64,000 nt of DNA, taken from Schmidtea polychroa. Lineage: Eukaryota. Made by a program: the position numbers and the translations under genes. The notes below the pieces were generated by a model. It saw only the letters and a list, made by a program, of their open reading frames with translations, was not told the DNA's origin and ran no database searches. Positions 39,695 through 52,540 of this stretch are shown one piece after another (position 1 is the stretch's first letter; each line of letters starts with the position of its first letter). The stretch covers positions 118,832,397 to 118,896,396 of the forward strand of contig CM097887.1 in assembly GCA_044892525.1 (NCBI GenBank). The letters run 5' to 3'.

Positions 39695-40351
39695 AAAGTT
39701 AGGGTTAGGGTTAGGGTAAACCTCTGGTTATTAAAATAATAAAGTATTTTTTGATTCTTAACTTTTTTGCAAATAAGCTTGATTTTTATACTTGATTCTT
39801 TAAAATTATTTAAAATTATTATTTTCCTAAATATTGAAAACATCTATATATTTACTGATTCATAGTCTTCAAGCTTTTTAATAAATACAAAGGAAAAGAA
39901 TTCAGTGGTGAAATTTGAAAGAAAAAGTTATAAATAACAGTGGTATGATATGATGTTTTACTCGATCTAGGTTTTACTTCATGATCCTTTGCATTCATGG
40001 AAACTAAATCCCCAGCAAGCTCGCATGTTGCACAATAAACGAGAAGCAGATAATAATGATTGTAATAATATATCAAATATTAGTTCGAAAACAATTGTCA
40101 ATCAGGGATTTGATAATAAGACTCGCCCTAGCACTAGTAAGTAATAAATGAGGTTTGGAAGTTCTTAGACATAACCTATAGGTCAAAATCAAATGGCAGA
40201 AAGAGTAATCCTGGAAATGTCTCGCAAATTGGCGGGAGCCGTTGATAGTAGTTATTTGAATTGTGAAGGTCACGTCAATTACCTCGTCCAAACGGCAACT
40301 GATGTTGAAAATTTAGCCCGAATGTATCATGGGTGGCAGGCGTATTTGTAA
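19279..40351 (+). CDS. ATM: Serine-protein kinase ATM/Tel1 (PIKK), complete 17-exon gene, about 2745 aa
   Basis: Exons: 19279-19350, 19430-19534, 19576-19723, 19765-19938, 19988-20153, 20202-20987, 22107-26646, 30143-30289, 30334-30518, 30563-30707, 30749-30922, 32297-32428, 32482-32632, 33527-34136, 37388-37754, 39971-40136, 40182-40351. All junctions are GT-AG and phase-compatible; the total is 8238 nt (divisible by 3). ATM-specific motifs: YMHSSEYEN, DHPLHSIYNLLAIRNANRD, GGINLPKII, RRQLVKSNDDLRQDSVMQQVF, GLGDRHVQNIL, HIDFG, VPFRLTRD, VLLHDPL and the FATC end ATDVENLARMYHGWQAYL*. Confidence 0.95.
21139..21928. mobile_element. hAT-type MITE (compound) in ATM intron 6
   Basis: 14-bp TIR CAGTGGCGTAGCTA / TAGCTACGCCACTG; 8-bp TSD GTATAACA / GTATGACA (1 mismatch). 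A second internal right-end motif (CTACGCCACTG) ends at about 21690. Confidence 0.88.
26860..27700 (-). mobile_element. hAT transposase C-terminal remnant in ATM intron 7
   Basis: The minus strand gives GKIGFYLENIYDKLSTIPPTSMESKKSFSPAGNF, matching the hAT dimerisation motif (TIPPTSVESER.FS.AG). A weaker NRNWSIL segment upstream resembles the TRW motif. Confidence 0.65.
29585..29907 (+). mobile_element. hAT element 3' end (dimerisation-domain remnant + subterminal repeats)
   Basis: Peptide FLPTSIPVERSFSLLKN, followed by tandem AAATGCAAAATTCTCGATTTAT subterminal repeats and a ...CCTTGCCCTA terminus. The 5' side is in an N-gap. Confidence 0.6.
30051..30117. repeat. (ATT)n microsatellite
   Basis: Uninterrupted ATT run of about 22 units just upstream of ATM exon 8. 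Confidence 0.95.
32641..32716. repeat. (ATT)n microsatellite
   Basis: About 25 ATT units in ATM intron 13; these produce the artefactual poly-Ile tail of ORF 32482-32736. Confidence 0.95.
32838..33407. repeat. 17-bp minisatellite, 33 units + partial
   Basis: Consensus unit GGAAATAATTTAGCCAT, with a near-constant 13-nt core and a variable 4-nt tail (CCAT/CCAC/TCCT/CCCT/TGCT). The first (32838) and last (33399) unit starts are exactly 33 x 17 bp apart. Confidence 0.95.
34560..35530 (-). mobile_element. Degenerate pogo/Tigger transposase in ATM intron 14
   Basis: Minus-strand peptides: HTH-like KFGVNESAVLRL, NIFNVDEMGLFW, EIALIFDNCP, VFFLPPNTTS and QPMDAAVIHNLKHH (DDE_1 signature blocks), with stops and frameshifts. 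Confidence 0.8.
35679..36119. mobile_element. hAT-type MITE with degraded left TIR
   Basis: Right end ...AAACCCACACTTGGCCCTG; left end CAAAGTGGGTT; candidate 8-bp TSD CTAATAAG / CTAATAAT; GGCCCC subterminal motifs. Confidence 0.6.
37786..38224. mobile_element. pogo-type MITE spanning an assembly gap
   Basis: Left end ACCATGTTTCTCCGA and right end TTTCGGAGAAATACGGT (imperfect TIR), with internal TAGGG(C/T)TTAATTTCGG repeats. Confidence 0.55.
38541..38946. mobile_element. hAT-type MITE
   Basis: Ends CATCTATTCTCAAAC / GTTTGAGGACCCCTG, GGGTCGCG subterminal repeats, 8-bp TSD CACTAAAC / CACTTAAC. Confidence 0.8.
39267..39810. repeat. 95-bp inverted repeat pair enclosing a spacer that ends in (TA)n(TG)n(TTAGGG)3
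   Basis: Arm 39267-39361 equals the reverse complement of 39716-39810 with 2 mismatches. TTAGGG x3 at 39699-39716 abuts the inner edge of the right arm. Confidence 0.9.
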
Positions 40352-40467
40352 TTATAGTAATTGTTGTTGATTTTAGTTTTTATTATTTCAGTTTTATTTG
40401 GATGTCTTTAAATCGATTTGTATATTTTTTATTTCCAGGTGATACAGGGTTTTCAACTTAATTTAAA

Positions 40468-40656
40468 TTCTTATAGCCCGAATTTAACGCGACACCAAAT
40501 TTTTCATAAAGATTTTTAGAAAAAAAATACTCCTAAAAAATTAAAATTAATGTCGTTATTTAAATTGCATTACTTAAACCCCGAATTTAGCGCGAGTCGA
40601 TTATTTAATAAAAATAAAATGTTAAAAAATGTCGCGTTATATTCGGGCTAATACGG
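40468..40656. mobile_element. pogo-type MITE (left TIR degraded)
   Basis: Right end GTCGCGTTATATTCGGGCTAATACGG-TA; left end ...TAGCCCGAATTTAACGCGAC is its imperfect inverse. Confidence 0.65.
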
Positions 40657-40686
40657 TAATTTAACAAATAATTATACTATGTAGCA

Positions 40687-40925
40687 CAGGGGTGGGGAAC
40701 CTGCGGCCTCCGGAGCCTTATCAAAATAAATCTTAATTTATATAAAAAACCATGAATTTTGAGGATTTACAAATAAAAATTCTTGTAACTACTGAATTGT
40801 ATATATACCGTACTGTACAAGCATCCCGCCGAGTAGAAAGAACGAAATATAAACGAAATACAAATTCATTTGAAGGCGACAAATTTCAATGTGGCCTATG
40901 GAAATAAAAAGGTTCCGCAGCCCTG
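40687..40925. mobile_element. hAT-type MITE, 239 bp
   Basis: TIR CAGGGGTGGGGAACCT / AGGTTCCGCAGCCCTG; perfect 8-bp TSD ATGTAGCA on both sides. Confidence 0.92.
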
Positions 40926-41299
40926 ATGTAGCATAACGTAAAAAGCAATTGGAAAATAGCGTTAGACAAACTTATAAACACATTTAATAACTAAATAAAA
41001 TTCTAAACAGATAAGTGATGATGTGGAGCTCAATGTAAATGTTATTTAATTGAATATTTAAATTTTTCATTTAAACGAATTTCTTTAGTTTCTGAATGTC
41101 GTCGCACATGTTACGTTCTGCAAGATGAGAATACAATTAATTTACTTGATAAATTTGGGGTAAGTTCTTCATCATGAGTGATGTATGGAAGGAGTTTTGT
41201 GGGGTTAAGATAAGAATCACACGATCTAAAAATTTATGTATGTGTTTCGATTACAAAATATGGAATTGTCTTTTGATAGTGGTGAATCAGCATTTAACA

Positions 41300-42330
41300 A
41301 AGAAAGATATTCATTTTTGGGAAATATCTGTGAATAATTAAATATTGCAGGATTTAATAATGGATTCATGAAAATATATTACATTTGTTTTCACAGCTTC
41401 GTTTTAGCAATTCCTCTTTTCTCTTTTTGTGAAAATGTAGGATCAATTTTATTCATAATCTTATGTCATTTGTCTTGCTCTATACTCGTTTCAAGTGATA
41501 ACACTCTCCCTTCCTTTCTTTCACAATTGCTGTTTTCCTCAAAATCATTTCCCATATAGCCCAATTTAGTACCCCGTACAGAATAATTTTATTTCTCCAG
41601 TATTTATTCTTAATCTGACAAGTATGCTCCCTTCTTGACAATTTGCTAAAAAGTCCGCAAAATTGTTTCACGCTTCACCATATTTTCTCTGTCAGCAAAA
41701 AATACACAATTTGTCAAAGTCAAATCTATCTTATCTCCTTTTCCATCTACAATCGTGTAATGAACAAAAAATTATTCTGTAAGCCTAACATTTTCGACAC
41801 GATAATGCGGTTCGATCTAGTTTAAATTATTGGTGGCCGTTTTGCGACGAATGTAATTTGGGTACCTTTAATTTCTATACAGTTATCTATAGAAAGTCTC
41901 TTTTCAAGTAACGCAATCCTATATAAAAATTTGGAAATACATCGTCAATTATTTGTCTCACTGTTTCCACCTCAAGCTAAACCTTTATTTCAATTCTGTA
42001 CCATTAGCGCAATTTGTCCGTAGATTAGTTATGAACAAGTAATCCCGGCTGTATTTGCATAACTTTCTGTAAAACATTTTAGTCAAGACATTGATATCTG
42101 CAAAAGTATCAAACATTATTCGTGTATTACATGTCCAAATTGGTTGCATCGAAAACATTTTATTTGTTTCTTTTTTAGAATGACAATTTCGTTTAAAATG
42201 GCTTGTTTGATTTCATGGAAAATATCTAATCTCTGTTGACGATGGATTCTGCCATTTAGGACTTTGATCTAAACTTTTGCCCGTAATAAATTCATATTTC
42301 TTTATAATCTTGAGCTCATTTGAGGTGTTT
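41300..42330 (-). mobile_element. Highly degraded Ty3/Gypsy gag-pro-pol remnant
   Basis: Minus strand: zinc knuckle KCFRCNQFGHVIHE (~42160-42120), protease-like IMFDTFADINVL (LxDTGA-like), and RT-end-like LTLTNCVF and VKQFCGL. Confidence 0.55.
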
Positions 42331-45300
42331 TTTCATTAGTTGTCATATTTCTTCATCGTCTTCATCCTTATGGTAGATCGCAGGTAATCCACATTTTACC
42401 CATTCGTGTCGTTTCCGACGCAACCTAAGATACAATGACTTGTTTGACCATCAACGTGATTAACGTTGGGTGAATACTCTCGAGAAATGAGCGTATCCCT
42501 GTACACTATAATCCTCGAGCATTCGGGCTGCCAATAGAAGGCCTGCGCCCGACTTCAGTTAGGTCCCATTATGCTATATTGCAATGACACGAATGTGGGA
42601 AGATTATCTTTCTTCTGGCTTGTCCCACATGTTATGCTGTGAGTCCCCGTTACACTGCTGAAAATCTTTCTTAGGTGCACTTGAATTGGAAATGAAAATG
42701 AACTACATACAAATTTATTAATGTAAACGCACAACATTAAAGTGTCTATCAGACATGTGAATCAGGAAACAGTTAAGTGTCCTGGTATTTGAACTTTCTT
42801 GCAGGAACATCGGCGGAAGCGTTCGAGCTTTCCAGATTTATTACGCTTCGTATTTTTTCTGAATTTAGTAGTCGTATGATGATTTGAGATGGATTAAACA
42901 TTCCACTCTTGTAGTTGAGTTGTTAATATTTGTAACACCAAGTGTTGTTCGATAATGTCCTGGCGCTCTCGAGCCCCTTTCTGTCTTGAGCGGTTTTAGA
43001 CGTTTCTGCATCGCCTCGGGACAGAACCACGTCCCTTCCATCTTCCACACTTGTTCCCTGAGTACATCCACTCAGTTACGGAGCACTTCTACTAGTCGCA
43101 TCGCTTCGTCGCGATCTGCTTGCATATCTTCTTATAGCTATAACCCTGGAATTAAATATGAACATCCTTAAATATCACTATTTGAGGTCTTGTAGATAAT
43201 TTTAGGGTTTCAGTCAATTCGCTCTTGTACTTAGTGCGATCCACAAGTGAATATCTTTAGCAATCGGTTCTTACTCTCGTTTAATTTAATAATTTCTTAC
43301 TTTTAAATGTCTGTCCCATCTTTGTAATCATTTGGAAGATTTAATTTTTAGCCACATTTCAGGTATATCAAATGATATTAAATAACACCAATAAAAATAA
43401 CTAATTACTAAACCGAGGAAATCATATATTAATTTTTATTAAAAATCAGAAACTTTGGTCTTTCATTTATTTTCGTACATTAGTGGTGACGCATATTCGC
43501 GTTTTACTACTAGTAAATTTATCAACGCAATTGAGGCTATCTAATTTATCCCTACGATGGTGTCACTGTAATTTATCGATAAATAGTTGTAATATTTAAC
43601 TTTTTGTACTATAATATTTCCCTTGTAGTACTAGTAATATAACTTAATGGTTATCATTTTTACCTATATAAATTTGTTTCAGTTTCCATTTAATATTTCA
43701 GACAACGGTTTACTACTACTAATTAGTATGTGTACAATCTATGTTTACCCAACGTCCTCATCACTCAGCATTCACACAATCACAACATTTTTTCTTAAAT
43801 CGAATAACTACCAAAATTTTCTATTTTATAATTGAATAAAATAAACACTAAATGTCATTATTCTGGAAATTTATCTAGGAGTTATCGCTCCGAAATCGGA
43901 GTTTTCAGCTGTCCATTTTAATAATCCGTTTACTTGCTTGCAATATGAACATTTTATGTTCGGACATTGAGCCTTATATGTCCTACTTCCTTGCATCCCC
44001 TACATTATTTTGGTTGTTTATATCTTTAATTTAACTAATCAGATGAATTTGGAAAATCAGATTTGTTTGTGTGGTCTACATTGATTTTAGATGAGGTAAA
44101 CTCCTTTAATATATAATTCTATTATTGGTTCTAAATGGTTCTCTGTGTGGTAGGCTGTTTTCTCAAAATCTTTGTTGTTGTTATCGATATTGTTGAGCTA
44201 GATATTGGCTCCAATTTTGGACTACATTTGTATAACTTATTTTGATAGGTTTTTTCAATTTCTTCATTTTTAATTTCTTTATTAATTGTTTTTATCATCG
44301 TAATGATTTTTTTAATCTTCTTTACATTTCAAATATTTTTCATCTTGATTTCTATTTTTTTATCTTTATCTTCTAATGCATTTTTCAATAAAAATGCTGT
44401 TAATTTCTCTTTCGATAAGACATTTTCTGCTAGTCGATCAGTGGTTCGAAAAATGTTTTGAATTATTCATTATCTTTTTTGTCACGGATAGCTTCATTTA
44501 AATCTTTCTTTTTTGCTTTCTTCATACATGCACACTTGCATAAATAATACAAATATTATATTTGGGATTTAGATAGACGTTACGTAATATTCAGTCATAC
44601 AAATTCAACATGCAATATTATCATTCCAAATATGTATGTACAGTTATCCTTCATACGTAAATTGACTAAATAAATTTAATAAATGGTTACTTCTTTGAAT
44701 CGTTCGAATCGAGTGTAGACAGATATCAGTTCTTCTAGACCAGTCGAGTCTCGTAACAATGGGAATATCAATACAACCGATGGCCATCCATTATTCCTTC
44801 TTACCTTCTGAATAAATTGCGGGGAAATATTTTTCTGCAAATAGCAATTTACTACTATTGCTCTAAGAATTGTCTTAGTATAATTAGAAGAGAAATATTC
44901 AAAATTAAGAGAATAAAGACAGTGTCTGAGAAATAATTGGCTAGGCTTCGACAACCTGGGCGCGATTACACGGGTAGATATATATTATTATTGGGTGCGA
45001 AAGCCGACGACAGAACCACCAGTCAATATGAGAGAATAAATAACTACATAGAGGTTATAATCAACTATGAATCGAATTCGATAAACTATGTGTGTGCTAG
45101 TCATTCTTCAGAGGCTCTTTTATTTTGACATCTTTTCTATTTAAGCTAATAACTGATTATTAATGACAGATACTACAAAAATAGGAGCTCCTTGGAAATG
45201 TCATTGATTACGAGTTGTTTTCTTGTAGATCTATTACAACTTTGTGTTGAGAAAGAACTATGCCAAAAGGTTGAAAATCAGATGCCTAGAACTTGAAATA

Positions 45301-45911
45301 ACTTGTTTAAGCTGATCATGTGTGTTATATGAAAAAAAAAGAAATTATTTTTAATAGCTACATTATTAGAAATGGACTATTGTGAAGGTTGCTGGTAGAA
45401 AGTAACCTAGTAGTAATCTTACAAAATTAAATGCAAGTATGCTGAATACCATATATATGTTTAAAAATTTTACTTTCGATTATAGTGATTGTAAACAGAA
45501 CTTAAACTATATTTGGGTTTATATGTTCCTTTAAAAAACTCAATTTGAGTTTAAATTCTTACAAATATTTAAATATCATTTGTATTTTGTTGCAATTTTT
45601 AACATTTATTAATACGATTATATTAAATAAACAATAATTTGAAGTTGTTTCAAATTAATAAATAAAAATTTTTATATATAAATAAACATTGTTTTCATTT
45701 ATTAACAATTGTTAAATATTAAAATTGTTTTACTTCATGAAAAGGCACGATGTATAAATAAATAAATATTAGTGAAAATTTAAAATTATAATTTATTATA
45801 ATATTTAAATTTATATATCTTCTTTTTCAATTATTTTCATAATTTATAATTTACTTTTTATAATTTTATTCACTTTCGATCAATATTTTTTTTAGAATTT
45901 AAATATTTTAA

Positions 45912-48900
45912 ATGTCATATAATTTTATTTGGGAGCCTCAGCCGGCTCTACCTTCACAACCAGATTTATTTGGATGGCCGGGTGGAGACAGTGACCCGGA
46001 GGATTTAAATGATGCTTTATCGGCTAATATCAATAATGCTAATATTTCACAACAAAGAAGCAGGACTATAGACTCGGCTTCTAGCTTATCATGTCAAATT
46101 GTCGCGTCTTGTAACAATGATGATTCCAACCAACATGAAGAAGTAAATTCAGTTGGAATAGCATTAAAAGTTCCTCCATCTTCAAGTGCTGAAGCATCTA
46201 ATTCATCAACTTTAAACAACTCTTTTAATCATTCAAGTAATGAAGTTTCTAAAATTACAGCCATATCATCTTCATCTGCGTCTTCTCCGGCTTTCAAGCA
46301 TGCACATACATTTGTCAAAAAATCTTTTCATCGGCCAGCCTATTGTCATCATTGCAGCGAAGTCATGTGGGGTTTAATGACTGTCGGATTCGTCTGTGAA
46401 GGTGACGAATTTCGATGAGATTTAATTTATTTATCATTTCCATGTTCAGTTTGCAATTTCCTCGTCCATGAAAAATGTTTGTCTCAAGTGTTCTCCCTAT
46501 GCACCACAATTGCATCAACTGCAGTCGCGGTAANNNNNNNNNNNNNNNNNNNNNNNNNNNNNNNNNNNNNNNNNNNNNNNNNNNNNNNNNNNNNNNNNNN
46601 NNNNNNNNNNNNNNNNNNNNNNNNNNNNNNNNNNNNNNNNNNNNNNNNNNNNNNNNNNNNNNNNNNNNNNNNNNNNNNNNNNNNNNNNNNNNNNNNNNNN
46701 NNNNNNNNNNNNNNNNNNNNNNNNNNNNNNNNNNNNNNNNNNNNNNNNNNNNNNNNNNNNNNNNNNNNNNNNNNNNNNNNNCACCTTTTATAAATTAAAG
46801 GACACTTTGCCAATATTGATTTGATGGCCCTCGTGAATGACAAATATTTATTTCACTAACAAATAACAATTTGTTGATAATTATCCATCACTGTATGGTT
46901 GGTGTAAATATATTTTTATACAAAAAATCAAACTACCTTATATAGGTCAAATTTATTTCTACTAATATTTTAATTAATTAATTCGTTTGAATTTTTGTAA
47001 TAACTTTATAATTATTTCACTTTTATTTATCTTTTCGTTTGCTATCTACTCCTACCTTTTCCCTTGGGAAATAATTATTTTTCAAGATTTTATTATTAAA
47101 TTTTTTTTCATATTCGAATTATAATTTTATTTGCTTTGCACTTGAAACTTTTTATATTTAAATATCACTTACAGTCATTTACAGCAGATAGATAAATAAA
47201 TAGAATAAAATGAAGTCAATAATATATCTCTATCCAAGCTCTTGTATTCTATATTTACAGTTCTGATTTACCTCTTTGATTTCCAAGCTCTTTGGAAATT
47301 GTAATTTCATTTTTACCAAAATATGACGTAATTTATTCAAATATTTGGGGAAATTAGTAAACCTAAATTTCACCAAAGTTAATCTCATTTCGTTTAATTC
47401 AGAGTGAATATTACGATGGAGTTGTTAATTAGTAGTCAAATTCATTTTTCCCCATATAACACACAATTAGTATGTTAATCTGTGACTAAGGCGCGCTTCT
47501 AATCCTATTGGTCAAATATCTCTAATTCTGAATGAATCATATGTTATTCATCTTTACTATAAAAATCTATATAGTCCATTTTTTGCAACTGAGGATATTA
47601 AGAAAGTATTTTGGAAGAAAATGTTACAATAAAAATAAGGTATTAACTGACAAAAAAATTAATTATTGAATTTATTGAGAAAAATCAAAATAAACTTTAT
47701 ACTAGCATTGTTGAAATTTGTACTTGAAAATTCAAAAAATAAAAGCCACCCGCTCAATCCTCAATTACAAAAATTCTAAAGTCGAAATTTTGGAAATATA
47801 TAATATATTTTCTTTTTGTCGTATAATTTCCACTCTTTAAATTCATGCCACCCAAAACTCGAAAGCTGGACTGGTATTTAAAGTTGTAATGTAATATTTT
47901 TCTTCCATAAAAAGTGTGAAGAGGCCTTTCAATTTTTATTATAATAATATTGCTTCAGGAGAGATCCGTAGTAAGTGGTCCTGTTATCAGGGGCGGCTCA
48001 AGAAATTTTGTCTAAGTCGAGCGCCCTAGGCAAACTTTTATGAAGCGCCTACCCTAAAGAATGTCAACTGAAACATTACGTTTCAATCTATATAACTATA
48101 TAAGCTAACCCAACCAAACTTTGCCTAACCTAACCTGACCAACCTTGACTAATTTGCAAAATTTGATGAGGCTAGCTTATATAGTTTAGGGGACATGGCC
48201 ACATTTGTATTTTGAAATTCTACAAAAAAAACATTCTTTGATTTTATAATTCTAAGAAATGCATACAAATCCTTACGAGACGTCACCAAATTTGAGCTAG
48301 AATACAGCTAAACTCAATCATTATTTGAAGATAAATTTATTATAAAAAAATGTTAAATCATCAAACGCATATTTTAATAAATAATTTTTTTTCTATATTC
48401 AAGAAATAATTTATAAACATATTTTTATGCCTTACAAAATTGAGCGCCCTAGGCGGCCGCCTACTTCGCCTATATGGAAGAGCCGTCCTACCTGTTATTC
48501 TCTTTCTAATAGGAATTGATAACGTTATAATTATTAAAAAACTTACTTAGATGTTTTGTGTAGTTTGATGATAAAAATTTATTGAATTGTATTTATCAAA
48601 TAAAAAAATTTATTTTCGATTAATAGTGAAACAGAAAATAAAATATTTTACTGAAAAATTTAGAATTAATCTGATCGATTCTCTTTATATATAAATCGAG
48701 ATTCCTAGAAAATCCTGCCGTTCACTTCATAATTTAATTATAATGTGAAGTAGTAATACGACAAGACTTTTAGAAATGTATTGGTAAGAAGTATTTTTAA
48801 AGCACACCCTCGTTGGGCAAATGGCTGAATGACAAGAGCAGCATGTGAAAATGCCACTCTGAAACAGACTTCTGTAGCACAATACTTCAATTTTCTATTT

Positions 48901-51242
48901 ATTTATTGAAATGTAGTTTGTATATAGTTTGTACTCACCATAAAGCTGCTATATGAAATGCGAATATAAGTATAAGTAAAATACTAATATATGAAATCAA
49001 AAATTAAAGCATTAAAATAATAATATAATTAATATTATAATCAATTCTTACATATATGACATGTTATTTTTTGATGGAATGTAAAAAATTTTGTATATTT
49101 GAATTACGAGCTATTATTTGGTTTTCAAAATTTTATGTCAACCTTCTACAGTGGAGTTCGTTTTCACCAACCTCTCTCTCGAACTATCAAAATAATACCA
49201 AATTACATGTATTAATATGGAACTTACCATTTACCTTTCTTGTATGGACGACCTAGTCAACTATCATCTAGATAATCCATTAGTTCTTAAAGTTCTTTTT
49301 GAAACATACTTCTGCTGCACAATTCCTTGAATGGTTTTATAAATGTTTTTAAAAAGCGGAACAAATGTCAGGACATTTTATTTCTGAATATTGTTGTTTC
49401 AGTCATTCTAATCAAATAATTTATTCTAAGAATTGACTTTTGAACAATTGCTTTCAAATAATTTATTTAGAATCCATTTCCTAGATTAACGGCACTGGTT
49501 CGGACAACCAAAGTTTATACGCGCACTTGTCGAAATAACCAAAATTATATTAATATTGTTCTAAGACACTCTTAATAGTCATTGTGACAGACAAATAATA
49601 TTTTATAAATTATATATTTTTATTTAATTTATAAATATGAATTGTGTGATGTCTTTGTATGAATTGAAAACACATACAGTACTGTCATTAATTATTGCAC
49701 CTATCCCATAAAATGAAGAATGAAAAGACCTGAAAATTCATACAGATATTTGAAACAAACAATTTATGAAATTGAGTACATGAATATAAATGTTTGAAAA
49801 CTAGAATAAATTAAGTTAAATAATTAACTGCACGAAAATTAATTAATATTTTGTGTGGCCACCGTGATTTTAAATAACAGCTTTCATTCTATGCGACATT
49901 AATTCAGTGAGATTGGTTAAAATTGCTTTACAAAATTAGGATCCATTGAATGTCATGCCTGCTGAAATATTGTTTTTGATGCTATAAATACTTTACCTAA
50001 TTTGTATAGGCATAATAATAAATAATTATTCAATATTAATAATTTTTTTGTTTATAAATTCTGTATTACATATTTACATTTGTTTTATTTACACAAATTC
50101 AAAATTAACAAAAAAGAGTTGATTACAATAGGTACTTTATCTAATTGTTATTTTAATGCAGTGACTTGTATGGGCTCAGGCTGATATTTTGTTATTTCAT
50201 TCGGTTTCCGGTCGGGCTCAGGCTTAATTTTAAAAATTAATTAAAAATTTTTTCTTTATGAATTTTTAATATCACTTTTTTTGCTCCAATGATGAATGAA
50301 TTAAAATAAAATTTGCGTGAGTTAATTTCCTTGCTTACATAAATTTAATTTTAAGTAGCCAAAATGAGAGCATTTCGATACCATGGACTTGAAAATCTAG
50401 TACAAAATTCTTGATAAATAATATTTCGTCTAATAAGGTCATTATGATTATTTTACTAAGCCCCGGGTCTGATATGATTCTGACTATAATAAATTATGAA
50501 GAGTCCGGTTACTTGGGTAGCATGGTTAGCTAATAACGGAAATTTTTCAGATGAGAATAAAACTTACATCCATGAAAAGAATTAGACGGTTTCATTTAAA
50601 ATAATTTTACTATGTTAACATTTTTGTCATTTTATAGGGTAAGTGTAGTGATTATTGATAGTACTATATCTGTGAGATGAGACTATCGTTACATGATTTT
50701 ATTTCTTATTTTTCATTAATTAAATTTCATTTATTTCAAAGAAATTATTTTCAGCTTTTATCTTTTACCCATTTATTTAATATAGACGTTTAAATATTTT
50801 ACTTTATGTTCTCAATTTGATTTCAAAATGATTTTTTTCAGAGACCATTATCTCATTGCTGGACAGAACCCGGAACTTTCAAAAGAAAATTTTGCAATGT
50901 CTGCAGAAAAAAACTTGATGATAGTCCTGCTATTCGTTGCGAAAGTATGAAAAAAAATTTAATAAATATTACACATAAATTATAGTAATTTATNNNNNNN
51001 NNNNNNNNNNNNNNNNNNNNNNNNNNNNNNNNNNNNNNNNNNNNNNNNNNNNNNNNNNNNNNNNNNNNNNNNNNNNNNNNNNNNNNNNNNNNNNNNNNNN
51101 NNNNNNNNNNNNNNNNNNNNNNNNNNNNNNNNNNNNNNNNNNNNNNNNNNNNCTATAAATCTAATTTATAGTCTTCAAACTCTCTTTTCAATTCAATGGA
51201 TAAAATAATCAGTGGTGAAGTTGGAAGAAATAAAAGTTATTA

Positions 51243-51317
<75 letters not shown>

Positions 51318-51676
51318 AAATCAAAGAAAGAATGCAAAGGTTTTATATTAGAAAATCGCCAACTAAGTAAATTAAAATATAATCGTATTAATAACAACTA
51401 ATGAAAATAAGAATATTCAAACTAATTAACAAAAAATAATCGTAATAAAATTTTTCTTTTCTTTGAAAATAAAATACATTTTTAATCATTATTTTAATTT
51501 TAAAAAACACACAAAATTGTTAACGATCTCATACAAAAATTTTTTAAAATTAATATAAAAAAGTTTAATTTAAATATAAAAATTAAAAATTGTTTTCATA
51601 AAAACAAAACAATAACATCATCCAAAATATTAAATATGCAAGTTAAATTATTTAAATACATTCAAAATCCCTGTAA

Positions 51677-51744
<68 letters not shown>

Positions 51745-52484
51745 AAAAAAACTAACAATACAAAGTCCTTCTGTTTTAATGTAGTGTCTTTCGGAATAGC
51801 TGACGCGACATAGATATTGTATTGAACCCTTGGTATTAATAATTATAGATATTTATACGACTTTAACTTTAAATTGACTTCTATGAAAATATTGATCTAC
51901 TTTTCTAGGGGGTATTGCACTATATATGATGGGAACGCATATATCTATTGGAAAAATTTAATAAACCTTTTTTTCGAGTAAGAAAATCATGACTTAAAAC
52001 TAACCAAGAAAAAGGTTTCAGTACCTCAATTTTAATAATTGATTATTTAATTAATGACAAATTGAAACAATGAAATACTCGAAACTGCCTAATTATACGA
52101 AAAAATTCAGGGATTTTTTAGGATTGGTTAATTTATTTAAAATTGCTTGATTATAGTTAGGCCATTGAAATCTTTGATAAGCAACAAAACTTAAACTATT
52201 ACTTAGAATACTATGTGAGAAAACATATGATAAAACAGTGTTTCTAGCTCTTTGCCCTCTCATTATAATAAAGCAATTATTTTAGATACAGATGTTAGTT
52301 TGATTTTATTAGTACGTTTTTATCCCATAACATAAACATGTTATATAAAATGAATGGAACTACTAAATAATTGTCAAAGTGAATAACAGTAGATGAACAT
52401 ATAGATAATTTATATATAAATAATAAAGTAATGTTTGAAATATATAATGCAACTTGTGATCATTTTATAGTGCAGCACTAAATA

Positions 52485-52540
<56 letters not shown>

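Noticed and set aside
39699-39716. Chromosome end or telomere fusion site
   Set aside because: There are only three TTAGGG units, inside an ATM intron with genes continuing on both sides, and the same motif recurs next to the minisatellite.
44937-45128. Possible Gypsy integrase core fragment (RDYTG..YILL...NYIEV)
   Set aside because: Similarity to DYAGP..YL...KWIEV is too weak to support without a search.
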